From Paraburkholderia sp. (GTDB lineage: Bacteria > Pseudomonadota > Gammaproteobacteria > Burkholderiales > Burkholderiaceae), in NCBI GenBank assembly GCA_036264535.1, contig DATAQT010000092.1, forward strand, positions 33,617 through 97,616: 64,000 nucleotides of DNA. Reading direction: 5' to 3'. A model generated the notes under the pieces. That model was not told where the DNA came from. It worked only from the letters and a program-made list of their open reading frames with translations, and made no database searches. Positions 42,046-51,245 of the stretch are shown piece after piece; position 1 is the stretch's first letter; every line of letters begins with the position of its first letter. Position numbers and translations under genes: made by a program.

Positions 42046-44579
42046 GTGTGCCGGTCGAGCCGCAATCACAGGGCAGCAACGCGCTGCGGCTGCACCGCCA
42101 GCTTGCCGCGATCTGGGGCACCGGGCCGGGCCTGAAGAAGCTCGCCGCGGTCAACCATACGATCCTCGGCATGCGCATGATGATCACGTCGTTCGTGTTC
42201 TTCGCGATCGCCGGGATTCTCGGCATGCTCACGCGCGTACAGCTCGCGACGCCGCATGCGGCCTTCATGGACGTGGAGACCTACAACCAGGTCTTCACGA
42301 TGCATGGATCGATGATGCTGTTCCTGTTCGCGATCCCGATGGTCGAAAGCTTCGCGGTCTATTTGACGCCGAAAATTCTCGGCACGCGTGACTTCGCGTT
42401 TCCGCGCCTGACCGCTTACGGCTACTGGTGCTATCTGTTCGGCGGCACGATCCTGACCGTCTCGCTGATTCTGCGCAGCGCGCCCGACGGCGGCTGGTTC
42501 ATGTACACGCCGCTCAGCTCCAACGTGTACACACCCGGCCTGAACGCCGACGTCTGGCTGCTCGGCATCACGTTCGTCGAGATTTCGGCGCTGTCGCTCG
42601 CGATGGAAATCGTCGTGTCGATCCTGAAGATACGCGCGCCGGGCATGTCGCTCGACCGCCTACCGATCTTCGCGTGGTACATCCTCGTCACAGCGATGAT
42701 GATGATCGTCGCGTTTCCGCCGCTGATTCTGGGCTCGATCCTGCTCGAGGTGGAGCGCGCGTTCAACCTGCCGTTCTTCGATCCCACCCGCGGCGGAGAT
42801 CCGCTGCTGTGGCAGCATCTGTTCTGGCTGTTCGGCCACCCGGACGTCTACATCATCTTCCTGCCAATGGCCGGCGTCCTCTCGACGATGATCCCGGTGT
42901 TCGCGCGACGCAAGCTCGTCGGCTATCGCACGATCGTGGTCGCGATCATCGCGCTCGCGTTCCTGAGCTTTGGCATCTGGGTGCACCACATGTTCACGGT
43001 GGGCATTCCGCATCTCGCGCTCGCGTTCTTCTCGGCGGGTTCGGCGATCGTCGCGGTGCCAACCGCGATCCAGTTCTTCGCGTGGCTCGCCACGCTGTCG
43101 CACGGCCGGCCGCGCTGGGACGTGCCGATGCTGTACATCTTCGGCTTTTTCTTCGTGTTCACGTGCGGTGGCCTGACCGGCGTGATGCTAGCGATCGTGC
43201 CGTTCGACTGGCAGGCCCATGACACCTACTTCGTCGTCGCGCACATGCACTACGTGGTGGCCGGCGCGCTCGCGTTTCCGATGCTCGCGGCCTTCTATTA
43301 CTGGCTGCCGCTGCTGACTGGGCGCACGGCCGTGCACAAGCTGTCGGTGCCGGCGTTCTGGCTCGTGTTCATCGGCTTCAACATGACGTTCTTCCTGATG
43401 CACCTGACCGGCCTGCTCGGCATGCCGCGGCGCGTCTTCACCTATAGCGGCGACGAAGGCTGGAACTGGCTCAATCTGCTGTCGTCGGTGGGCAGCTTCG
43501 TGATGACGATCGGCTTCGCGCTCGTAGTGATCGACATCATCGTGCAGGTGCGTTTCGGCCAGCGCGCGCGGCGAAATCCGTGGGACTCGACCACCCTCGA
43601 ATGGGCCATGCCGATTCCGCCTACGCCGTATGCGTTCGCGTCGCTCCCGCACATGGACGCCGAGACCGAAAAGATCCCGCCCGGCCAGCTCGCAACTTCG
43701 CTCGCGCGCGGCGAAGGCTATCTCGGCTTCACGCGTAACGGCTGGCAGGAGGCGCTCGGCGTGCATATGACTTCGGGCGAGCCCGAACAGCTGATCGTGC
43801 TGCCTAACTCGACCTATCTGCCGCTCGTCACCGCCGTGGTGACGGCCGCGGCAGTGCTCGCGATGCTGTTCAAGTTCTATCTGCTGTCGGTCGCGGTCGC
43901 GTTCGTGACGTTCGGCCTCTTCATCTATGCGGGGCAAAGCGCGGGCCACGCGCGCGATTACGGCGCGCTGCCGGTCGGCCGCGGCGTCAGCGTGCCGCCG
44001 CATACCGAGGTGGCCGGCGCGCCGTCATGGCTTTCGCTGATCTGCGCGCTGATCGCGAACGGCACGCTGTTCACCTCGCTGATCTTCGGCACGTTCTATC
44101 TGTGGATCGCGGCGCCGAACTGGCCGACCGCGGTGGCGCCACATCCGAATCGCCTGCTGGCACTGGTCGCGATCGTCGCGCTTGCAGTGGCCGCGGCCGC
44201 CACGCGTGGCTCGTTGCGCGCGGCCGCCGCCGAGCGCAAGCCGCACGGCACGATCGGACTGAGCGCGGTCGCCCTGATCGTCGCGCTCGCCGCCTGCGTG
44301 ATGCTGATCAACGGCGTGACACCGAATCCGCGCGAGCATGCGCTCGGCGCGACGGCCGCGGCGCTGCTCTCGTATATCGCGGTTCACGCGGGCATCGGGC
44401 TGATGTTCCTGATCAGCAACGTGCTGCGAGTCGGCGCGGGCTTCGTCTCCGCGCGACGCCTGACCGATCTGCGCCAAACGCGCCTGTGGGTCGATTACAC
44501 GTTAGCGACGGGCATCATCGCGCTTGGACTCGTGCTTGCGCTGCCGAGCCTCGTCGCCATGCTGGGAGCCAGGCCATGA
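42042..44579 (+). CDS. ctaD: heme-copper oxidase subunit I fused to a subunit III-like domain (845 aa)
   Basis: TMHG, GHPDVY, WVHH, AHMHY and GMPRR motifs; extra C-terminal TM domain. Confidence 0.93.
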   Translation: MSVPVEPQSQGSNALRLHRQLAAIWGTGPGLKKLAAVNHTILGMRMMITSFVFFAIAGILGMLTRVQLATPHAAFMDVETYNQVFTMHGSMMLFLFAIPMVESFAVYLTPKILGTRDFAFPRLTAYGYWCYLFGGTILTVSLILRSAPDGGWFMYTPLSSNVYTPGLNADVWLLGITFVEISALSLAMEIVVSILKIRAPGMSLDRLPIFAWYILVTAMMMIVAFPPLILGSILLEVERAFNLPFFDPTRGGDPLLWQHLFWLFGHPDVYIIFLPMAGVLSTMIPVFARRKLVGYRTIVVAIIALAFLSFGIWVHHMFTVGIPHLALAFFSAGSAIVAVPTAIQFFAWLATLSHGRPRWDVPMLYIFGFFFVFTCGGLTGVMLAIVPFDWQAHDTYFVVAHMHYVVAGALAFPMLAAFYYWLPLLTGRTAVHKLSVPAFWLVFIGFNMTFFLMHLTGLLGMPRRVFTYSGDEGWNWLNLLSSVGSFVMTIGFALVVIDIIVQVRFGQRARRNPWDSTTLEWAMPIPPTPYAFASLPHMDAETEKIPPGQLATSLARGEGYLGFTRNGWQEALGVHMTSGEPEQLIVLPNSTYLPLVTAVVTAAAVLAMLFKFYLLSVAVAFVTFGLFIYAGQSAGHARDYGALPVGRGVSVPPHTEVAGAPSWLSLICALIANGTLFTSLIFGTFYLWIAAPNWPTAVAPHPNRLLALVAIVALAVAAAATRGSLRAAAAERKPHGTIGLSAVALIVALAACVMLINGVTPNPREHALGATAAALLSYIAVHAGIGLMFLISNVLRVGAGFVSARRLTDLRQTRLWVDYTLATGIIALGLVLALPSLVAMLGARP

Positions 44580-44911
44580 ATGCGCGTCCGCTTTCGCCAC
44601 GGCGGTTGTGGTGGCTCGCCGTCGGCTTCACGATCTGGTGTCTCGCGTTCGTGATCCTGTATGCGCTGCATGCGATCGGCTGCGCGTTTGCGTGGCCGAC
44701 CGGACCGCTGCGCGCGAGTCTCGCGATCATCCTGCTGCTGCATCTGATCGCGATCGGCTGGCTGTGGCGTTATCGCGCCGCAACGCGCGACCCGGGGCCC
44801 GAACGCATCAGTTCGTTCATGCATACCGTCGTTGTCTGGACCCTGATCGCCGCGCTCGTCGCGACCGTGGTCACGTTCGGGCCCGCGCTGCTGCTCACCA
44901 CCTGCGTCTGA
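44576..44911 (+). CDS. small 3-TM membrane protein (oxidase-associated)
   Basis: ATGA overlap with ctaD; hydrophobic; GFTIW..YALHAIGC. Confidence 0.75.
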   Translation: MNARPLSPRRLWWLAVGFTIWCLAFVILYALHAIGCAFAWPTGPLRASLAIILLLHLIAIGWLWRYRAATRDPGPERISSFMHTVVVWTLIAALVATVVTFGPALLLTTCV

Positions 44912-44962
44912 ACGCGGACTGAGCGCGAGCCGGGCGACGCACCCCCGCGTGGAGGAGCACTG

Positions 44963-46288
44963 ATGCAGTTTCAAGATTTCGCGCGCAAGGCCGTCTGGTC
45001 GGCCATCTATCTGCTGTTCATTCTCGCGCCGCTGTTCGCGCTGCTGGCCGGCACGCTGCCGCCCGCACGCAACTTCGGCACCGAATTCTCGGTGGCGCTC
45101 GGCTACTCAGGTCTCGCGATGATGGGCCTGCAATTTGGCCTCACCGCACGTTTTCGCCATGTGACCGAGCCGTGGGGCGAGGACGTCATCTACCATTTCC
45201 ATCGACGCGTGTCGCTGCTCGCGGTCAGCCTCGTCGTCGTGCATCCGCTGATCCTGTTCGCGATTCGCTCGGAAAAGGTCGCGATGCCCGATTCGCTGCT
45301 CGAGGTGCCGTGGGGCGCATGGTTCGCGTTCCTGTCGATCGGCTCGGTGATCGTGCTGGTGATTACCGCGCTGTGGCGCAAGCAGTTGAAGATCCCTTAC
45401 GAGCTGTGGCATCTGTCGCATATCGTGTTAGCGCTCTTCGCGATCTTCGGCGGCGTGCTGCATATGATCGGCTGGGGCTTCTATCTGACCGACCCGATCA
45501 AACGCACGCTGTGGGTCTGCATGACGATCTTCTGGATCGCGCTGCTGCTATACGTGCGACTGTTCAAGCCGCTTTTCATGCTCAGGCGCCCGTACCGGAT
45601 CGCGCAAGTGCGCGCCGAGCGCGGCGACACCACGACGATCGTCATGCAGCCCGATGGTCACGCGGGCTTTCGCTTCCAACCCGGCCAGTTCGGTTGGCTC
45701 AACGTGTGGGGCAGTCCGTTCCGGATCACCGGACATCCATTTTCGTTCTCGTCGAGCGCCGAGGCCGCCAATGGCCGTGTCGAAATGACGATCCGCAATC
45801 TCGGCGATTTCACGAGCACGGTGAAGACGCTTGAGGTGGGCCAGCGCGTCTATCTGGACGGACCGTACGGCGCATTCACGATCGGCCATCCGACCGACAT
45901 GCACGTGCTGATCGCGGGCGGCATCGGCATCACGCCGATGATGAGCATGATCCGCACGCTCGCCGATCGCGGCGACCGACGTCCGCTCGTGCTACTGTAC
46001 GGCGGCAAGAGTTTGGACTCGCTGACGTTTCGCGAGGAACTCGATGCGCTCAAAACGCGGCTCGATCTGCGCATCGTCTATGTGCTGACGAACCCGCCCG
46101 AAGGCTGGAGCGGCGAAACCGGGCGCATCGACGCCGCGATGTTCCGGCGTCATCTGCCGCCTGAGTTCGCCGATCACGAGTACTTCATTTGCGGCCCGGA
46201 CCCGATGATGGATGCGATCGAAACGGCGCTCGGCGAAATGAAGGTGCCGCGCATGCGCTACCATTCCGAGCGCTACAGCTTCGTTTAG
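44963..46288 (+). CDS. ferric reductase/NOX-like transmembrane flavocytochrome
   Basis: Paired TM histidines; FQPGQF and HPFS (FAD); DGPYG, AGGIGITP and ICGP (NAD(P)H). Confidence 0.9.
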   Translation: MQFQDFARKAVWSAIYLLFILAPLFALLAGTLPPARNFGTEFSVALGYSGLAMMGLQFGLTARFRHVTEPWGEDVIYHFHRRVSLLAVSLVVVHPLILFAIRSEKVAMPDSLLEVPWGAWFAFLSIGSVIVLVITALWRKQLKIPYELWHLSHIVLALFAIFGGVLHMIGWGFYLTDPIKRTLWVCMTIFWIALLLYVRLFKPLFMLRRPYRIAQVRAERGDTTTIVMQPDGHAGFRFQPGQFGWLNVWGSPFRITGHPFSFSSSAEAANGRVEMTIRNLGDFTSTVKTLEVGQRVYLDGPYGAFTIGHPTDMHVLIAGGIGITPMMSMIRTLADRGDRRPLVLLYGGKSLDSLTFREELDALKTRLDLRIVYVLTNPPEGWSGETGRIDAAMFRRHLPPEFADHEYFICGPDPMMDAIETALGEMKVPRMRYHSERYSFV

Positions 46289-46298
46289 GAGATTTGCG

Positions 46299-46400
46299 AT
46301 GCGTCGACTGTTGGCCAATCGTCTCGTCGTCGTGACAGGCGTGATCGTCGTGGCGCTGTCGCTTCTGTTCGCATATCTACGGGTCGGGTCGCTGCATTAA
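46299..46400 (+). CDS. 33-aa single-TM peptide, absent from the ORF track
   Basis: AGGAG RBS overlapping the upstream stop; MRRLLANRLVVVTGVIVVALSLLFAYLRVGSLH. Confidence 0.65.
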   Translation: MRRLLANRLVVVTGVIVVALSLLFAYLRVGSLH

Positions 46401-46465
46401 AGCCCGGTCACGCTAATGGCGAGGCTCGCGGCACGCGCTTCCTAATGCTCGAAGGTTGAATCGAT

Positions 46466-47236
46466 ATGCCCTACTTCTTTGGAATTGGTCTTCACGTTTT
46501 TATCGCGATCTTCTTCGCCGTCCACGCGATGCGCAACAACCAGGGCATCTACTGGCTATTCATTCTGTTTGCTTTCCCGCTGCTCGGCAGCGTCGTCTAC
46601 TTCTTCGCGATCTATCTACCGGGGCTGCGCCATACGCGCGGGGCGCGCGTAGCCACGCAGGCGATTACCCAATTCGTCGATCCGAACCGCGCACTGCGTG
46701 AAGCGCGCGCCGATTTCGACCGCGCGCCGACCGTACAGCATCGGATGCGCCTCGGCGAGGCCTTGCTCGATGCCGGCAATCCGCGCGAGGCGCTCGAACA
46801 TTTCCAGGCCGCGGCGAACGGCCCGTTCGCGAACGATCCCGTGTTGCTGCTCGGTCTCGCGCGCTCACAGTTCGCGCTCGGCGACTACACCACCGCCGAT
46901 GCGACATTGGCGAATCTGTTCTCGGTCAATCCGCAGGCGCGCAATCAGGGCGGCCCGGCGCTAATGTATGCACGCACGCTGGCCGCGCTGAACGCGCCGG
47001 GCGCACGCGCGGCATTCGAACAGGCGCTCACCTGCGCGAACGACGTCGCGCCGCGCTGCCTGTTTGCCGAGTGGCTCGCCGCGCAACCGGACGAGGCGGA
47101 CCGCCGCCGCGCCGGGGCCCTCTATGCGGAGATCGTTCAGGATGCCAAACATTGGCCGCGTCACACGCGCGAGCATAATCGCGAGTGGCTGCAGCGTGCG
47201 CAGACCGCATTGGCGTCGGGTGCGGCACGGGCGTGA
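46466..47236 (+). CDS. membrane-anchored TPR protein
   Basis: N-terminal WLFILFAFPLLGSVVYF TM hairpin followed by TPR-like helices. Confidence 0.8.
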   Translation: MPYFFGIGLHVFIAIFFAVHAMRNNQGIYWLFILFAFPLLGSVVYFFAIYLPGLRHTRGARVATQAITQFVDPNRALREARADFDRAPTVQHRMRLGEALLDAGNPREALEHFQAAANGPFANDPVLLLGLARSQFALGDYTTADATLANLFSVNPQARNQGGPALMYARTLAALNAPGARAAFEQALTCANDVAPRCLFAEWLAAQPDEADRRRAGALYAEIVQDAKHWPRHTREHNREWLQRAQTALASGAARA

Positions 47237-47256
47237 GCAAGGCGAGGAGAACTTCG

Positions 47257-47949
47257 ATGCGACGCGCTTCCCGGTGGTTTGCTTCAGTGCTGTGCGCGGC
47301 GATGGCCTTCGGCGCGGGTAGCGCTTCGACTTCAGCGCAAACCGCCGGTACGGAAAATCCGTTCGAATGGCCCGCGTCGTTCGTCGTGCTCGGCGATGGC
47401 TATCCGCACTCGGGCGATGCATGCCGGCGTCTCGGCGAGTCGGCCGCGACCGCGAACTATCTCGACCATATGGCGATGCTGGTCGGCTGTCCGGGACCGG
47501 GCGATAGCGCCTCCACGCGCGCGATCCTCGGTCATCAGCGGCACGCGCGCGTGGTCGGCCACGCGGATGGTGTGACGCTGATATCGATTTCGACGGAAGG
47601 CGCCCCGGCCGGTTCGCAGCAGCAGAGCCACACGCCGCAAAAGCAATCGCCTCTTGGCGCGAGCGGCACGCTGCCCTGCGAGCGCGGCAACGGACAAACC
47701 AGGACGATGTGCAAGTTCGGCGTCGTGCATCACAGCGATCGATCGACGACGGTGGTGGTCTACTGGCCCGATGGCGCAACGCGGGCGATCTTCTTCGGCA
47801 TCCACGGCCGGGTGATCGGCACGGCTGCGTCCGCGAGCGATCAGCCGATGCCCGGCGACACGCTCACCCGCAAGAATGCGGGCATCAATCTGATTTCGGT
47901 TGGCAATGAGCGCTACGAAATCGAAGATTCAGTATTGTCCGGTGGGTGA
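47257..47949 (+). CDS. secreted two-domain hypothetical protein
   Basis: GAGGAG RBS, signal peptide, two Cys pairs separated by a Q/P linker. Confidence 0.7.
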   Translation: MRRASRWFASVLCAAMAFGAGSASTSAQTAGTENPFEWPASFVVLGDGYPHSGDACRRLGESAATANYLDHMAMLVGCPGPGDSASTRAILGHQRHARVVGHADGVTLISISTEGAPAGSQQQSHTPQKQSPLGASGTLPCERGNGQTRTMCKFGVVHHSDRSTTVVVYWPDGATRAIFFGIHGRVIGTAASASDQPMPGDTLTRKNAGINLISVGNERYEIEDSVLSGG

Positions 47950-48348
47950 ATTGCGTTGAAGTCCACCGGCGCGCGCCATGCGCGGTTGAACTCCTGATTC
48001 GCCGCGCTTCAGTTTCATTTCCATCCATCCCCTAGCCTCGCATCCTCGCCTTGGTTCGGCACGGCGCGGGCCGCGTCGATCGAAATATTAGTAATAAATT
48101 GACAGAGCTTCTAGCGTATGCGGATTACGTGCGCCCGTACGCCTCGAATCTTTCATTTCCATAATGCACACATGCGGGATTACCCCATGCCGCCAAATCG
48201 ATATTATTGACTAATATTATTACCTACCCGATGTGCGGCGCCGACCGCCCCGGCTGTCTTGTGAAGCAACCCGCGATCAAAACGATTCTTTATCTCGATC
48301 CGTACAACTAAGTATTCCCACCCGATCAGCGGTTCAACAGGAGGAGTC

Positions 48349-50391
48349 ATGATGTCCAGAAGAATGGGATTGGTGGCGGTCTGGCTGGCGACGGCCGTCG
48401 GACTCGCCGCGTGCAATGGCGACAACAGTGGCGCGTCGACATCGCCGGTGGCGGATGCGGCCACCTCGAGTTCGGCGTCGGGTAATAGCGCGTCGCAATC
48501 GAGTTCGAATGCATCGGTGGACAACACCGCGACGACGACCACCGCGCTGCCCTGCGACGCCGCGGCCACGGCCAATACGCCCTGCTCCGCGGCACACAGC
48601 GTGACCCGGTTGCTGACGAAGAACTACACGGGCCCGCTATTCCAGATTCAACGCGCGTCCGATAACACGACGCTCGACGTCTATCCGTACACCAACAGCA
48701 CGCTGAAGGGCGGTGACCGCTCGCTGGTCGGCTCGGCGAATGTGCAGAGCACGCAATCCTTCTGCAACAACACGACCTGTTCCGTCACCTACATCTACGA
48801 TCAGATCGACCTCGTCGCGCCGTTGAAGGGCGGGGCATTCGGCAACGTACCCGCGACGCTCACACTCAACCAGGACGGCACGCAATCCCTGACCGTGCCG
48901 AACGGCAGTTCGGGCTCGCAGAAAACGACCACCGTGCCGGTTCTCAACGGCTTCGCGACGATCACGCTGCCGGGCACCGCGGGCACGCTGACCGTGCAAC
49001 TGCAGCAGCCGCCGACCGCCTTGACCGCGCAAGCGCCGACCGAGCAACTGACCATCGGCAACGACTTGCCCGCGCTACCCGGCACGCCCGCCAGGCTCGC
49101 GTTCATCACGACCAACGGTGCGCAGATCCCGGCTCTCGGCACGTTGGCCGGCCAGGCCTATCGCAAACGCTTCGGCACCGTGAACCAGTCGATCGGCGAT
49201 AGCGAAATCGCCGAGTATATGGTGGCCGGCGCGCACTACAGCCAATCGTCGACCTGCTGCGGCACCTACGGCAACATGGAGAACAGCGCGAATCCGAGCA
49301 CCTATTCGCACGGCGAAGTGGAAGGCGAAATGTTCGCGCTCGCTTTCTCGAACGGCAACGCGGCCGTGTTCGGCTATTGCGACGGCGACTCGATCCAGCC
49401 GTCGAACGTGAAGGACCCGGTGTGCAATGCGCTCGATACCAACTGGCCGGGCGTCGATGCGGAGGCCGGTGTCTATCTGTACGGTCCGCAGCAGCCGGCC
49501 AAGGAGAAGTTCGTCACGGTGCTGTCGAAGTACTCGCCGGTCACCGCCTCGAATCTCTTCGTGGTCAAAGGCGGCTCCGCTTCGCAGAGCGTGCTGACCT
49601 CGCTGTACGACCAGGCGCCGCCTGAAGCGCTGATCTTCGGCAACGACGCGGGTCATGCGTTCAACGGCCAATGGCAAGGTGGTCTGTCGCTCGGCGAAGG
49701 CGGCGACGGCAGCGCCGCGCCGATCCAGTTCTTCGAAGGCGCGATCATCACGAAGGCGACGTCCGATACGACCGACAACGCAATCCAGTCGAGCATCGCG
49801 AGCTTCTACGGACCGCCATCCAACGCGGCCGCATCGGCCTGCTATGCGAACAACCTGATCGACTCGCCGCTCAGTCTCGCGACGCCGGACGCATGGTCGC
49901 AGTCGAACGGCGGCACCGCCGTGCCCGCCACCGATATCTCGGGCGTGAATCGCGGCGCCGCGACGCTCACGAGCACGAACGGTTCGGCCGTGTCGAACAT
50001 CCACGAAGTGATCCGCGTGCAGGGCGGCCAGTCGTACACGTTCACCGACTACGTGCTCGCCACCACCAACGCGACCGTGTTCCCCGGCGGTTCGATCCAG
50101 ACCGACGATCCGGGCGGCACCGAGTTCGGCTGGGTGCTGAACACCAACACCGGTGCAATCGTGCGCGGTACGTGGGGCGGCGGCCAGGCGACGGCACTGA
50201 GCGCAGTGAAATCCGGCAACTGGTGGAAAGTGACGATGACGCTGACGGCTCCGGCAGGATCGAACAATGCGCAAGTGTTTATCGATCCGCCCACGTCGAG
50301 CAGCGCAGGCGTGCGCTCGCAGCAGGCCGCGTATCTGAGCGCGACGCATTACTGCCCGAGCCTCGCGATTCTGAGCGGCGCGAAATCCTAA
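48349..50391 (+). CDS. lipoprotein with a GH54 (arabinofuranosidase B) catalytic-like domain
   Basis: LAAC lipobox, S/T/A linker, PCD..TPCSAAHS.TR...YTGPLFQIQRASD, CC..YGN.E, DAEAG, GEGGDGS and FFEG motifs. Confidence 0.8.
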   Translation: MMSRRMGLVAVWLATAVGLAACNGDNSGASTSPVADAATSSSASGNSASQSSSNASVDNTATTTTALPCDAAATANTPCSAAHSVTRLLTKNYTGPLFQIQRASDNTTLDVYPYTNSTLKGGDRSLVGSANVQSTQSFCNNTTCSVTYIYDQIDLVAPLKGGAFGNVPATLTLNQDGTQSLTVPNGSSGSQKTTTVPVLNGFATITLPGTAGTLTVQLQQPPTALTAQAPTEQLTIGNDLPALPGTPARLAFITTNGAQIPALGTLAGQAYRKRFGTVNQSIGDSEIAEYMVAGAHYSQSSTCCGTYGNMENSANPSTYSHGEVEGEMFALAFSNGNAAVFGYCDGDSIQPSNVKDPVCNALDTNWPGVDAEAGVYLYGPQQPAKEKFVTVLSKYSPVTASNLFVVKGGSASQSVLTSLYDQAPPEALIFGNDAGHAFNGQWQGGLSLGEGGDGSAAPIQFFEGAIITKATSDTTDNAIQSSIASFYGPPSNAAASACYANNLIDSPLSLATPDAWSQSNGGTAVPATDISGVNRGAATLTSTNGSAVSNIHEVIRVQGGQSYTFTDYVLATTNATVFPGGSIQTDDPGGTEFGWVLNTNTGAIVRGTWGGGQATALSAVKSGNWWKVTMTLTAPAGSNNAQVFIDPPTSSSAGVRSQQAAYLSATHYCPSLAILSGAKS

Positions 50392-50462
50392 GCATGATGA
50401 GCGCGACGTAGCAACCGACACTTCGTTGACGCGTCGCGCGATTGAAGGCACACTCGCTCACT

Positions 50463-50558
50463 ATGCAAGCCCTCACGTCCCACACGATTGCGATGCATCA
50501 TCATGCGCATGCTCGCGTGGGACTGCCTGTGGGGACTCGCATACGCATACGACGCTAG
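50463..50558 (+). CDS. putative leader peptide (31 aa) of an attenuator
   Basis: MQALTSHTIAMHHHAHARVGLPVGTRIRIRR between a sigma70-like promoter and a terminator. Confidence 0.5.
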   Translation: MQALTSHTIAMHHHAHARVGLPVGTRIRIRR

Positions 50559-50581
50559 ACATCATTCGCAGCGACATGCGC

Positions 50582-50620
50582 CAGAAAGCCCCGCCGGCAA
50601 CGACGGGGCTTTCTGCTTTC
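50582..50620 (+). terminator. intrinsic terminator/attenuator upstream of the YunG-like gene
   Basis: CAGAAAGCCCCG-loop-CGGGGCTTTCTG followed by CTTTC. Confidence 0.75.
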
Positions 50621-50658
50621 TGCGACCTGATCCGCTCATCAAACGAAGGATTGCCGCC

Positions 50659-51048
50659 ATGACACCTGAAGCACAAACACCTGCCGTATCGAAGACCTTC
50701 GCGACGCCCATCGATCTGTATCGTGCCCTTGCACGCGCGTGGTCCGGCGACACGTCGAGCCCCACACACGCGTGGTCGGCAACGAATCCGGCGCAGAATC
50801 ATTGCAGCGTCACGGCGTTGATCGTTCAGGACTACTTCGGTGGCGAAATTCTGACGACGCGCACGTCGGGCGGCACGCACTTCTATAACCTGATCGATGG
50901 CAAGCGATGGGATCTGACCATCGGCCAGTTTGCCGAACCGATTCCGTTCGACGACACGCGTTCGAGTCGTGAGGCGGCCTTCGCGGATACGTCGCCGGAG
51001 AAATACGACATGCTGAAATCGAGGGCCGCGCAAAGCCTGCAAAAATAG
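50659..51048 (+). CDS. YunG-family protein
   Basis: WS.DTS...WS..NPAQNHCSVTALIVQDYFGGEI, HFYNLIDG..WDLT..QF; AAGGA RBS. Confidence 0.8.
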   Translation: MTPEAQTPAVSKTFATPIDLYRALARAWSGDTSSPTHAWSATNPAQNHCSVTALIVQDYFGGEILTTRTSGGTHFYNLIDGKRWDLTIGQFAEPIPFDDTRSSREAAFADTSPEKYDMLKSRAAQSLQK

Positions 51049-51245
51049 GTGGTCTCGATCGCGCGTGGCGCAACCGCATCGACATGCGGCCCGGCCACGC
51101 CCGACAGAAGACACGACACTAATCAAGTGTCAGCCCAGAATGCTCCACTGTGCTGGCGGTGTCGCACTCCTAACGTCTGTACTTGATTTTGGTGGATGGT
51201 GATCTATTCTCCGGATTCGTGAGCACAACTGGTAAGGAGTGTGCC

